A DNA stretch of 63,844 nt, counting the filler, from Octopus bimaculoides (Eukaryota): the NCBI RefSeq assembly GCF_001194135.2. It is 8 parts of 6 records of this genome, joined end to end, with 100 filler letters (N's around TTAATTAATTAA, not from the genome) between each part and the next. Parts side by side here need not be neighbours in the genome. Positions count along the whole stretch, not along the records: positions 50,889 to 55,324 come from NC_068989.1; positions 55,425 to 58,815 come from NW_026353248.1; positions 58,916 to 62,593 come from NC_068989.1; positions 62,694 to 63,844 come from NW_026415981.1; 4 more parts are not named here. One strand, written 5' to 3'. The stretch's first letter is position 1, and the number at the start of each line of letters is the position of its first letter. Below the pieces are notes generated by a model. That model did not search any database. It had not been told where the DNA came from and worked only from the letters and a program-made list of their open reading frames with translations. Positions 51,416 through 63,844 of the stretch are shown piece by piece. The position numbers and the translations under genes are program-made.

Positions 51416-52153
51416 AATAATAATTATTATTATTATTATTATCCAATATACAAACTTTTATAGTTTCATGGAAGCTTTGTGGTGTACAACTTATTCTAAA
51501 TGTTTCATTAAAATATAGAGAATGTCCGTAGTTTATTACGTAACTTATCATTGATATATGTAATACAATATAATATGACATAATATATGGACCTATATTT
51601 GAAATTTCTAATTCTCATTCTATTATTTCATTTCATTTTACCAATATGTAACGCAATATGTCATTGTATTATTTTAAAAACAATCCTGGACAGACGGACA
51701 CACACACACGCACGCACACACGCACACGCACACGCACGCACACACACTCACACACACACATACATATATACCAATTATATTACTAGTATAAATTAAGTCT
51801 TTCACTTATTTGGTTTTAAATCGAAAAGCTTCATTTGGGTTTTTTTTAACATCTAGATATCAAATTTAAATGTAAGATGTTACCATACCATCAACCACAT
51901 TCATATTAATTTGATGGAACGGTTTCGCACCAACCTATTTTATATATAAATTCAATAAATCAAATCCGTTTTATGATATGGCATTTCTCTATTTATTACA
52001 CGTTTTGTATCAATATAATTTGAAATTTTGCAACGAAACGGAAAACTTATTATAATACTGCAAGTTTGAATATAATGTTCTTTAACTTATTTTCAATTTT
52101 ACACTTTCTACATTTTATTTATTGTAAGCATCCAATATACAATTACATATCAT

Positions 52154-52185
<32 letters not shown>

Positions 52186-52494
52186 TATATACGCAGGTGT
52201 GGCTATGTGTGTGTTAAGTTTGGTTCCCAACCACGCGGTTCCGAGTTCAGCGCCACTGCGTGGCACCTTGGGCGACTGTCTTCAACTGTAGACTCGGGCT
52301 GACCAAAGCTTTGTGTTTTGCTCGAGAGACAGAATTTACGGCCCGGGAATCGAAGCCNNNNNNNNNNTCAACTGTAGACTCGGGCTGACCAAAGCTTTGT
52401 GTTTTGCTCGAGAGACAGAATTTACGGCCCGGGAATCGAAGCCACTATCTCGCGATCATGAGTGTAATATCCTAACCATTAGGTCACGCGCCTT

Positions 52495-52544
<50 letters not shown>

Positions 52545-52546
<2 letters not shown>

Positions 52547-52858
52547 CCGGCACACCGTCGGTTACGACGATGAGGGTTCCAGTTGATCCGATCAACGGAA
52601 CAACCTGCTAGTGAAATTGACGTGCATGTGACTGAGCACTCCACAGACATTAACGTAGTTCTCAGGGAGATTCAGTGTGACACAGAGTGTGACAAAGCTG
52701 GCCCTTTGATATACAGATACAACTCATTTTTGCCAGCTGAGTGAAACTGGAGTAACGTAAAATAAAGCGCCTTGCTCAAGGACACAACGCGTCGCCGGGA
52801 ATTGAACTCACAACCTTGCGATCGTTAACTGAATACCCTAACCACCAAGCCACACGCC
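52545..52858 (-). mobile_element. tRNA-derived SINE, family D-related
   Basis: Minus strand A box TGGCTTGGTGG, B box GAGTTCAATTCCC, then GCGTTGTGTCCTTGAGCAAGG. Confidence 0.7.
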
Positions 52859-53240
52859 TTTACATGTGTGTATACCGTGGCAAAATTCATTCTACTAAAG
52901 AGCTATATCATTATTTGAATCCATTACTCAATAATTTAACTCAATAATGCCCATGTCGGGCCTTCATAAACTTGGAAACTAAATCTTAAATTTGAATTTC
53001 TCACTGATCCTTACTTACCCATTTTGACCTTGTGATCGTTAGCCGAATATTATAACCACCAAGCCACACACCTTTACGTGTGTGTATACCGTGGTAAAAT
53101 TCATTCTACTAAAGACCTATATCATTATTTGAATCCATTACTCAATAATTTAACTCAATAATGCCCATGTCGGGCCTTCATAAACTTGGAAACTAAATCT
53201 TAAATTTGAATTTCTCACTGATCCTTACTTACCCATTTTG
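52813..53240. repeat. Direct tandem duplication, 214-bp unit
   Basis: 52813-53026 and 53027-53240. Confidence 0.9.
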
Positions 53241-54659
53241 AAACAACATGTCGTTTTTAAACCCATCAGTTTTATAGACGAATCAAACGAATTAAGTCTT
53301 TAACTGATGATGTGCCACTAACTTGAATGTACTAGATGTGGTCTAACTGTTGGTTAGACTGTACTAGACCGTGGTCCAACTGTTGATCATATTATATAAT
53401 TCAGATAGTTTACACTTACCTATTAGCTGTCAGTAAAACTTAAAGACGCACGTTCTAATTATTGAGCAATTTGTTGGCTATTTATTGATGTATCTGTGTC
53501 TATATATGTTTGATGGTAGTGGTGGCGGTGGTGGTATACTGCTGTTGCCGAGTCTTGATCACGTTGTTGTAGGAGCACCATTGTTATTAACGGTGTATCT
53601 TGGGCATTTTAAACCTGAAAGAGCCAATCCGTCTCCAGGTTTGAACACAGCAGCAAAGAGAAAGACACAGACGGACAGACAGACAGAGGGGTCTGAACAA
53701 GCAACAAAGAGAAAGAGAGAAAAAAAAGAAAAGAGAAAGAAAGACTCGACACCTAGTACTTGAATCGCATTTTATTTATCGACCAAGAAAGGATGAAAGG
53801 CAAAGTTGAACAGGGTGGGATTTGAACTCAAAGTATAAGGAGTCGAAACAAATAGAGACAAAACATTCAATACAACGATTTAACCATCTCGTTGACAATC
53901 GACTCACTGCATGTGTTTACACATACTTCATAAAACTCCATTTCATTTTTAAACTTATTTTATGATATTTATTTCATAATATTTAAGTAATCATATTTCA
54001 TTATTAAACTATTTTATTTTTATTTTAAGCATTTCTTGCAGTAAAAGGCCCTTATTTCCACCTCCTTTCTCAATCGTCCCCTCTTGTAATAAAATATTCT
54101 CTTCCACTATTATTCCTCAATTTCATTTTCACAAGTGGTTTTTTATTGCAATTCTTCTAAGTCGCCAAATGAAACCGTAATAGTCGTAATTTTATACTGT
54201 CTCTTCAATAGGACTTACGAAGGCAAACTGACTATGAAGAAGTGATGCAGAGTTTTGAAATCTTGAATGCATGAATTTCAAATCCTCTTATTAATAACTG
54301 CGCTGTTTCTTTCCCAGTAAACTGACATTTGGCAGTTCAAAGAACGCTTCAAAAGTAACTCCTAGTAACTCAGAACATGTGGTTGGGAAGCAAACTTCTT
54401 TATTTCTTTCTCTATTTCTTTTAAATTGCCATAAAGGCATTACACAGAGGGGGACACTACAACACATGTGGGGACATATAACAAATAAAAATATAAAAAT
54501 AAAATATGATATAATGAATGACACATGAAAATGAACATTATTCTGTTGAAATAAATTATCCACAAGAAAAATTGCAAATACAAATATTGGTTTCCCGAAA
54601 AAATGGGAAACCTATAAAGAGGTTTTCCTCTTGCAGAAGACAGTAATATATATATATAT

Positions 54660-55324
54660 ATATTTTTTTTTTTAATTGGGTCCAATAATCAGTTCAAATC
54701 CCACACCCGTTCAGGGGAGGGGCACAAAAATAGTCTAGAAAGACTATATACAGTCACAATGGCCAACAGACACAGTTCAACAATAACAAATTATAAAATT
54801 ATAAAATTATTCCCCGGAAAAAACCGGGGAACAAGACAGTTCAACAATCGTTCAACAACAAATCTTCAGTAATAAAATCCATAGATAATCCAAATAATGG
54901 AACGAAGTAATAGCAACAATACAGCAAAACGCTTACCGAGAAGAAAAACACGTCCAAACCGTAGTAAGGGAAGCAAGCTTCTTTTTTTCATTAAAATTGG
55001 CCATAAAGGCCTCATACAGAAAAAGGAAGCTGCGGGCTGGACATAGACATAATGTTATTAATGGAAAAATGATGATTAATGAATAAATGGGGGGAAGCAG
55101 CGCCCGCCGACTGTCTGATCCCCGAAAACATTGTTCTCTTATGAGGCAACAAGCCCCTTACACTGTTCATAATGTTCATTGATACAAAAAAGGAGGCGAT
55201 ACGCCTCTTACTTTGATTAAACAAAATGAGGTTTCAAACCCCTCCTCAATTCATAACATTGAGGCTTTCCAATTTCTATCCATATTCTTCCTCAATATCG
55301 CTTGTGACCCCATCTTCCGCCATC
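54660..55324 (-). mobile_element. Possible degenerate LINE 3' end (L1/Tx1-like) with A-tail
   Basis: Unique sequence ending on the minus strand in ccaatt-A10 then (TA)n; only weak frameshifted protein resemblance. Confidence 0.3.
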
Positions 55325-55510
55325 NNNNNNNNNNNNNNNNNNNNNNNNNNNNNNNNNNNNNNNNNNNNTTAATTAATTAANNNNNNNNNNNNNNNNNNNN
55401 NNNNNNNNNNNNNNNNNNNNNNNNAAGCAACGATATAATGGGACCCAGTTGTATCTCCTCAGGTGACTTACAATTGCTGCCCCGTTAGTACACACACACA
55501 CACTCACATA

Positions 55511-55751
55511 TATATATTCCAATATATGACCGCGTGTGTATCGTTGGCGGGGCGATATTCTTTCTCCGTCTTCCCTTATTTGGACTTTTCCTATATTTCT
55601 GACGAAGATCTCCGATCGAAACGTTAAATCTTCTTTCCTTTCTTTCCTTTCCTGAGCGTCCAATAACACTGTACTTATTCCACGTCATCACGTTCTTTTT
55701 TGGGTGTTTTTTCGTGTTTCTTCTTGCTTGTTCATGTTTAAATTGACTATA
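55511..55751 (+). mobile_element. Short hammerhead-bearing element flanked by (TA)n
   Basis: Contains motif 55595-55629, followed by TTCCTGAGCGTCC; (TA)n on both flanks. Confidence 0.5.
55595..55629 (+). ncRNA. Minimal type-I hammerhead ribozyme motif (consensus core, extra A after A9)
   Basis: ATTT-CTGACGA-A-GATC(TCC)GATC-GAAACGTT^-AAAT; ACGT palindrome as stem III, GUU triplet. Confidence 0.65.
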
Positions 55752-57969
55752 AATATATATATTGCGTCATCCCATAAACCTTGCGTTTTTTTATACTTTT
55801 ATTTTTCAAAATAGGTAAAAAGAGCTCCTTTTTAAATCTAAAATATACTCTCCTTTATTTTCTACAATGCTCTTCTATCTATCTGGTAGACATACAAGGC
55901 CCCTCTTCCAAAATTCACTTATCGTCAGGAAAAAACACTCTCCCGTGCACGCGCGTACAGACACTCTCATGGTTATATGCATNNNNNNNNNNNNNNNNNN
56001 NNNNNNNNNNNNNNNNNNNNNNNNNNNNNNNNNNNNNNNNNNNNNNNNNNNNNNNNNNNNNNNNNNNNNNNNNNNNNNNNNNNNNNNNNNNNNNNNNNNN
56101 NNNNNNNNNNNNNNNNNNNNNNNNNNNNNNNNNNNNNNNNNNNNNNNNNNNNNNNNNNNNNNNNNNNNNNNNNNNNNNNNNNNNNNNNNNNNNNNNNNNN
56201 NNNNNNNNNNNNNNNNNNNNNNNNNNNNNNNNNNNNNNNNNNNNNNNNNNNNNNNNNNNNNNNNNNNNNNNNNNNNTAAATCTAAAATATACTCTCCTTT
56301 ATTTTCTACAATGCTCTTCTATCTATCTGGTAGACATACAAGGCCCCTCTTCCAAAATTCACTTATCGTCAGGAAAAAACACTCTCCCGTGCACGCGCGT
56401 ACAGACACTCTCATGGTTATATGCATGTACAGGACACCACTACAAACAGACACACTGATGTAAACACGCACACACACATACCTGTACTCACAGATATACA
56501 CACGAAAGCATGCATATATATAGACGTACTCTCACATGCACGCATCCACAACCATTTTCATACATACACATATATACACATTGGTAAACAACAACAGATA
56601 CACATCCGAACCCCAGATTTACGCAGTTTATTTTTAGCATGAGCCCTAATCTCTCATTGTATCACAAATACGCACACAAGCACACACTCTCTCCCACAAC
56701 TGCTTGCACACACACACACACACACATACACACACAGGCATGCATGCAAACACAAGCATGCACAAGCATCCTCACGTGCACACAGCGATACACTAACACA
56801 TTAATTAAACATATCATCGGTCATGCACACACACACACACACACACACACACGCATGCACAGATACACACACACACACATACACACACACATACACACAC
56901 ACATGCTTATATATTTACTTAACTGTGACTACGTAATACACACTCACACACACTGCAAGCACGTACGCATCCACATCTGATAAACACACACACATACACA
57001 CATACACACATACATACACGCGTGCATACGAACAGTCACAACTCTGACAGGAGCTTACACACACCTACCACATACATACAGACACGCACACATTCATACG
57101 CCTAACACACGTGTTCGCGCGTGCGCGCGCACACACACACACACACACGCACACACATGCACAAACGCACGTTCAAATGCACACAAGGATACATGCAACA
57201 CATTCATACCCAGCATTCTCATGCACGTGTGTACGCATACACGCGCACATATTCACACGCGCGCACAAAGACACACGCGCGCACAGACACACGCATTAAC
57301 ACGCACATACACACACACATCACACGCATGTTCTTATACACACAAGAGAAATATACACACAAAGTTACGCGTATACACCGACTCACATACACATACATAC
57401 AGACACACACACACGTGCACACACACACACACANNNNNNNNNNNNNNNNNNNNNNNNNNNNNNNNNNNNNNNNNNNNNNNNNNNNNNNNNNNNNNNNNNN
57501 NNNNNNNNNNNNNNNNNNNNNNNNNNNNNNNNNNNNNNNNNNNNNNNNNNNNNNNNNNNNNNNNNNNNNNNNNNNNNNNNNNNNNNNNNNNNNNNNNNNN
57601 NNNNNNNNNNNNNNNNNNNNNNNNNNNNNNNNNNNNNNNNNNNNNNNNNNNNNNNNNNNNNNNNNNNNNNNNNNNNNNNNNNNNNNNNNNNNNNNNNNNN
57701 NNNNNNNNNNNNNNNNNNNNNNNNNNNNNNNNNNACACGCGCACGCGCGCGCTCACACATACGCATACACAGGCATCTATGCATACGTATGGCTCCCCTG
57801 CGTTGTTATGGTTACTATTTATGCGCCACAATGCATAACGTTGCCATGGATACCTGCTGTCTGTTCACACTACACAAGATGGCTCTGGATGTTGATGGCG
57901 GAAGGGGTGGGGGAGGGTTGTTGTTGCTATAGTAACTTTATCTCTTCCCGGTCGACATACTGCCAACAT

Positions 57970-57980
57970 CTCGTCTCTTT

Positions 57981-58027
<47 letters not shown>

Positions 58028-58600
58028 CCGTTACTTTCCTTCTTTTTTCTTTCTTTCTTTCCTTTTATCTTTCTTTCCTTTTATCTTTCTTTCCTTCTTT
58101 CTTTCTTTCGTTCTTTCCCTCATTTTCTTTCCTTCCTTCCCTCCTTCTTCTGTCTTTCTTCCTTTCTTTCTTTCCTTTTATGCTTCTTTCTTTCTTTCCT
58201 TCTTTCTTTCGTTCTTTCCCTCATTTCCCTTCCTTCCTTCCCTCCTTCTCTCTGTCTTTCTTCCTTTCTTTCTTTCCGTTTATCTTTCTTGACGTCTTCC
58301 TGTCTCTCTTTCGTTCTTTCCCTCCTTCCTTCCTTCTTTCTTTCTTTCTTTCTTTCTATCTTTCCTTCTTTCATTGTTTCTTTCTGTTTATTCTTTCTAT
58401 CTTCCATCCCGTCTTTCTCTTCTTTCCTTCCCTTCTGCTTCTTTTTCTTTGCTTATTTTTCTTCTTTGCCTTCTTTCCTTCCTTCTTTCCTTCTTTCTCT
58501 CTAACCTCTCCCCCTTTGTCTGTCTCACTGTTCCTATCTCATTCTTCATCTCTCTCGCTCTCACATCACTTTTCCCTTGTACCTCTATCTCTCTCCCTCT
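57970..58600. repeat. (TTTC)n polypyrimidine low-complexity tract
   Basis: Directly visible. Many other (TA)n, (CA)n, (TATG)n, (GATA)n, (GA)n and (ATT)n microsatellites occur throughout the window. Confidence 0.9.
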
Positions 58601-58915
58601 CACCACACAATATACTTAAAAGGAAAACAAACGCATGCACAAAATATTTTTCCCATGTGTTCTGAAATCAAATCCCAACGAAGCCGACTTTACATTTCCT
58701 TCTCCGGGGGTTCAACAAAAAAACCTCTAACATCAAAAGATTACTATGACATCAGCAATATACAAGCCCACAGAAACACACCAACACACAAACACACACA
58801 TATTTATACCACAAANNNNNNNNNNNNNNNNNNNNNNNNNNNNNNNNNNNNNNNNNNNNTTAATTAATTAANNNNNNNNNNNNNNNNNNNNNNNNNNNNN
58901 NNNNNNNNNNNNNNN

Positions 58916-58993
<78 letters not shown>

Positions 58994-59172
58994 GTAAGAA
59001 AATACAGGACGATCGGTTATGATTTTATTCAACACATTCCCCTCTCAGATTCACACATTTTTGCAGCAGTCCTTCAATTTTTCTAAGGCCTGCAAAATAA
59101 TTCACAAAGCTAGGTTTCCAGCCAGGCCTTTCGCGAGACCCTTCAAGCCAGTAGCTTTTCAGCACACTCTCG
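58994..59172. mobile_element. Mariner-derived MITE remnant (one TIR)
   Basis: Ends in aagccagtagcttttcagcacactctcg|TA, which reads TA|CGAGAGTGTGCTGAAAAG on the reverse strand. Confidence 0.45.
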
Positions 59173-60313
59173 TATATATGGTGGGCTTCTTCGCAGTTTT
59201 TGTCTACCAAGTTCACTCACAAGGTATGGGTTGATCCGAGTCTATAGTGTAAGATACTTCTACGCGGTGCTGCGTAGTAAGACTGAACCCAAAACCACAT
59301 GCTATAAAGCGACCTTCGATCTGGTTACGATGAAAGGCAAAGCTGAACTCAGAGCGATGAGGAACAAAACATTGTCCTATTTTCTAATGTGTCTGCAAGT
59401 CGCCGCCCGTTAGTTGGTGTCGATATAATTGCAGTTGATACTACACGTGGTGTTGATATTCCCGCTTTTTTATCATGCACGTGGGGATAACGCTTTTACA
59501 TTTATGTTGTAGTTGGTGCTGATATTGTTGCAATTTGTGTTGATATTGTTGCAACTTGTGTTGTAATTGGTGTTGATATTCTAACAATTCATGTTGCAAT
59601 TGATGACACTGTGGCAATTTCTAACGCTGTTGGTGCAACAATTTATGTTGCAGGAATTGATGTCCTTATTGTAGTCTGTGTAGATATTGTAGCAATTTAC
59701 ATACATACATATATATATATATATANNNNNNNNNNNNNNNNNNNNNNNNNNNNNNNNNNNNNNNNNNNNNNNNNNNNNNNNNNNNNNNNNNNNNNNNNNN
59801 NNNNNNNNNNNNNNNNNNNNNNNNNNNNNNNNNNNNNNNNNNNNNNNNNNNNNNNNNNNNNNNNNNNNNNNNNNNNNNNNNNNNNNNNNNNNNNNNNNNN
59901 NNNNNNNNNNNNNNNNNNNNNNNNNNNNNNNNNNNNNNNNNNNNNNNNNNNNNNNNNNNNNNNNNNNNNNNNNNNNNNNNNNNNNNNNNNNNNNNNNNNN
60001 NNNNNNNNNNNNNNNNNNNNNNNNNNNNNNNNNNNNNNNNNNNNNNNNNNNNNNNNNNNNNNNNNNNNNNNNNNNNNNNNNNNNNNNNNNNNNNNNNNNN
60101 NNNNNNNNNNNNNNNNNNNNNNNNNNNNNNNNNNNNNNNNNNNNNNNNNNNNNNNNNNNNNNNNNNNNNNNNNNNNNNNNNNNNNNNNNNNNNNNNNNNN
60201 NNNNNNNNNNNNNNNNNNNNNNNNNNNNNNNNNNNNNNNNNNNNNNNNNNNNNNNNNNNNNNNNNNNNNNNNNNNNNNNNNNNNNNNNNNNNNNNNNNNN
60301 NNNNNNNNNNNNA

Positions 60314-60760
60314 TTAAGAAACGTTAGCACGCCGGGTGAAATGCTTAGCGGTATTTTGTCTGTTTACGTTATGAGTTCAAATTCCGCCGAAGTCGACTTT
60401 GCTTTTCCTCCTTTCGGGGGGGGGGAGGGGTCGATAAATAAAGTACCAGTTGCGTACTGGAGTCGATCTAATCGACTGGCCCCATCCCCTAAATTTTCGA
60501 GCCTTGTGTCTAGAATAGAAAAGGATATTGTTACAATTGTTGTTGCTACATTATAGCTATTGTTGCTGACGGCGGCGAGGTGGCATAATCGTTAGCAGCA
60601 TTTTTTTCTGGCTTTTACTCTCTGAGTTCAAATAGCGTCGACGTCGACTTTTCTTTTTATAATTTGAAGGTCGATAAAATAAGTACTAGTCAAGCACTGG
60701 GATCGATGTAATCGAATATCCCTCTCGCCCCAAAATTTCAGGCCTTGAGCCTATAATAAA
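60314..60760 (+). mobile_element. Two SINE family A copies
   Basis: GAAACGTTAGCACGCCGGG...GAGTTCAAATTCC and a second head at ~60570. Confidence 0.75.
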
Positions 60761-61165
60761 AAAAATATATTGTTATTATTCTTATTTTTAATTAAGATAT
60801 TATCATGTATGTTGTACATTCATTTATATTTTGTTAGTATTGTTTTCATTGCCATTGTAGTTGTTGCTTCTGTTATTGTTGGTGTTGTTGTTATTGTTGT
60901 TAATCAGCTAAAAAAGATCCCTCATGCTCCTTTAATCGTGTCCCTTAATTGATGATGAAAATGAAGAATAAACACAGACATAACGGAGAGTTGTTTGCGT
61001 GTGGGCGGCGATGGTGGTGGTTGTAGTGGAGGTGAGGGCGAGGAGAAATAAACGATAACAGAAATATAGAAAAATAGATGACTAAACCTTAGTAGCTCTA
61101 TCAGCATTTACACATATACATACATATTATACATGTATACATGTGTGTAAAAGGCAATAATATAT

Positions 61166-61226
<61 letters not shown>

Positions 61227-61360
61227 TACACATGCGCGCAAACACACACACACGCACACATATAATACATATATATATATATACATATATACATATACAC
61301 ACACTCATACACACACACGTAAATGTAGATAGATTGGCATATATATATATATGTACTTGC

Positions 61361-61391
<31 letters not shown>

Positions 61392-61700
61392 GATGTATGT
61401 ATGTATGTATGTATGGATGGATGTATGTATGTATGTATGTATGAATGTATGTATGAATGTATGTATGTATGTATATTTTGAATATGTGGGTGTGAGCACG
61501 TCTTTTGTCTCGTGCCGAAGAAAGATGACAGATGGAGTTAGCTGAGAGCAAGCTGCACAGCGATCACCTCCACACCGCCTTGTTAAAGATATCTTTACAG
61601 GCTGTGACCTCAATCGATGGAAACGAACGGAGCAAACAAACAAATGAAGACGTTAATTTACGAGAGCGAGATATAGAGATAGAAATAGATAGAGAGATAA

Positions 61701-61734
<34 letters not shown>

Positions 61735-62693
61735 AGAGATACATAGGAAAAAAAACAAAAAAAACAAATGATTGCTAAGGAAACATGGAGAGAACAAGAG
61801 ATAGACAGATATAGGTTTGTATGTGTAAAGAGAAAAGAGTTAAAGGAAAAGGTTGGGAAAGAGAGAGTGAAGAAACTGAGAGGGAGAGTGAAAAGAGCAG
61901 CGTGTTTACTTAACAGAAGAACAGCGGCCTTTAAGATATCACGGCTCTTTGAGATTGCCAGACACAATGGCACAGAGTTATTGGCAAAGACATGAAACTG
62001 ACGGACTGCGTGACGTCGATACGTTTTCCGTCATCTTTTGTTTAGTTTTTGTCTCAAGGATATCTTTACTTCCCTCCGTAAATTATTGTGAATTGCCTTT
62101 AACCGGAGATCGAAACCGGAACGAAATGCTCGTGTTTAGAATACTTTGCAGACAGCATTCCCAAGAATAAGGAAAATATTATACTCATTCTTATCTGTTT
62201 CATTCACGAAAATACGGTTGTTTGGACAATTGATAATTGCATAACAGAATCGAATTAGTGTTACTCACACTTCTGTTAAAACTCATCGGCTTTCGTTATG
62301 TCTTTCTCTCTTTATGTGTGTCTATATGAGTGTATGTATTATGTATATATGCATATATATGTTAATTTCAAAAATTTGGCACAAGGCCAGCAATTTTGAG
62401 GGAGAAGGTAAGTCAATTACATTGACTTCAGTCCTCAAATTGTATTTAGCTTATCGACCCCATAATGATGAAAGGCAAAGTCGACCTAGGAGGAATTTGA
62501 GGAAAGAACGTAAAGACGGACGAAAATACAACAGAATAGGAGACCTATATTGGATTATGTGCGGGATTTTTTTAAAAATCGCTATTACATATANNNNNNN
62601 NNNNNNNNNNNNNNNNNNNNNNNNNNNNNNNNNNNNNTTAATTAATTAANNNNNNNNNNNNNNNNNNNNNNNNNNNNNNNNNNNNNNNNNNNN

Positions 62694-62737
<44 letters not shown>

Positions 62738-62922
62738 TGTTAAATACATGCACATATAATGAATCATAATAAATTTTTTGGTAGGCAATCCAAGAATTGT
62801 AAGGTGTTTTTAAAGAAATATTGAATATAAATAATCATGTTTGCCAAAATATAATTTACAAAACTTCAAGCCTCTTAAGAAGATTTTTATGCATATTACC
62901 ATGCTTATTATTGTTATTATTA

Positions 62923-62959
<37 letters not shown>

Positions 62960-63041
62960 CGATAAAAATGTACCAGCTAAGACTGATGTCAATCTATTAA
63001 ACTAACCCCTCCACACCAAATTTGTGCCAATAGTAGAAATG

Positions 63042-63112
<71 letters not shown>

Positions 63113-63374
63113 TTTATTATTATTATCACGTAATGTATTCTATTTGCCAGAAGAAAATTGAAGTTTGTAACAGAAAAATAAACAACACATTATCTGATGA
63201 TTCGTACTTGTTTATTAATTGAACTCTCGTTAATTAATATAATGCTCGTTAATTATCTATGTATTAGTTAATTAGAAATCAGTAGAAAGAGAGAGACAGA
63301 ACAGGAACGCTTAACGGCTAAAAATATGTGATGTAATGAGCAAGAAAAGATAAAACAAGTTTGAGGAAAAGAGT

Positions 63375-63409
63375 CTACACGTTTCGGATGTCAGTCCTTC
63401 ATCAGAAAA
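63375..63409 (-). ncRNA. Decayed hammerhead-like motif
   Basis: Minus strand CTGATGA-A-GGA(CTGACA)TCC-GAAACGTGTA. The core is intact but no stem I partner is visible. Confidence 0.35.
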
Positions 63410-63844
63410 TGGAATGGAAAAGAAATTATAAGATAAGGTGGTGAACAAAAAGGAAAAAAAAGTAGATACAATTCTCTAGAGGTGAGTAATAGAAGAGTTT
63501 AAAAAAGTAAACAAAATAATCTCCAAAACAAGCAATCTCTCTAAAAAAAGAAATGATATTTTTGTTAAAAATATATTTTTGCTAAGTCTTAACAAAATAT
63601 GTAGATTTTCCAGAATAAAACAATGTTTAGTGAATATACGAATGAATATTTTTGGTGAAATAAATATAGAAAATAAAAAAAAAATAGAAAATGAAAAATA
63701 TAAATAATACACGTGTTATAAAAGCTGAGGTGTAATAAGAGATTAGAATAAACGAAGTCGAATGATGTTGAGGAAAAGAACGCCCCAGCATGGCCACAAT
63801 CTAACGGCTGAAGTAAGTAGAAGATACGTATGTGTATAAACGCA

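Overview
AT-rich, microsatellite-saturated animal genomic DNA with many N gaps. The repeat landscape is consistent with a coleoid cephalopod, probably Octopus (inference). Seven identical 100-nt spacers (44 N + TTAATTAATTAA + 44 N) split the window into eight pieces whose adjacency is not shown by the sequence. The only recognisable host gene is the 5' part of an IRAK4/Tube-like kinase gene on the + strand. It has two death-domain exons (21777-22075, 22861-23021) and two probable in-frame linker micro-exons (26347-26388, 32553-32603); no kinase-domain exons were found. The rest is transposon-derived: three SINE/retroposon families, R4/Dong-clade LINE pieces in (TAA)n, Penelope RT, CR1/L2-like, Tc1, DD37D (maT) and mariner remnants, MITEs and Helitron ends. 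The most notable signals are: (1) three well-formed and one decayed minimal type-I hammerhead ribozyme motifs in short microsatellite-embedded elements, with compensatory stem changes, one of them sense-oriented in an IRAK4 intron; (2) a 276-bp palindrome with (TTAGGG)-like repeats fused to (CCCTAA)-like repeats; (3) inverted SINEs flanking the death-domain exons, which could yield a circRNA encoding a death-domain-only protein. All alignments and folds were done by eye, and SINE boundaries are approximate.
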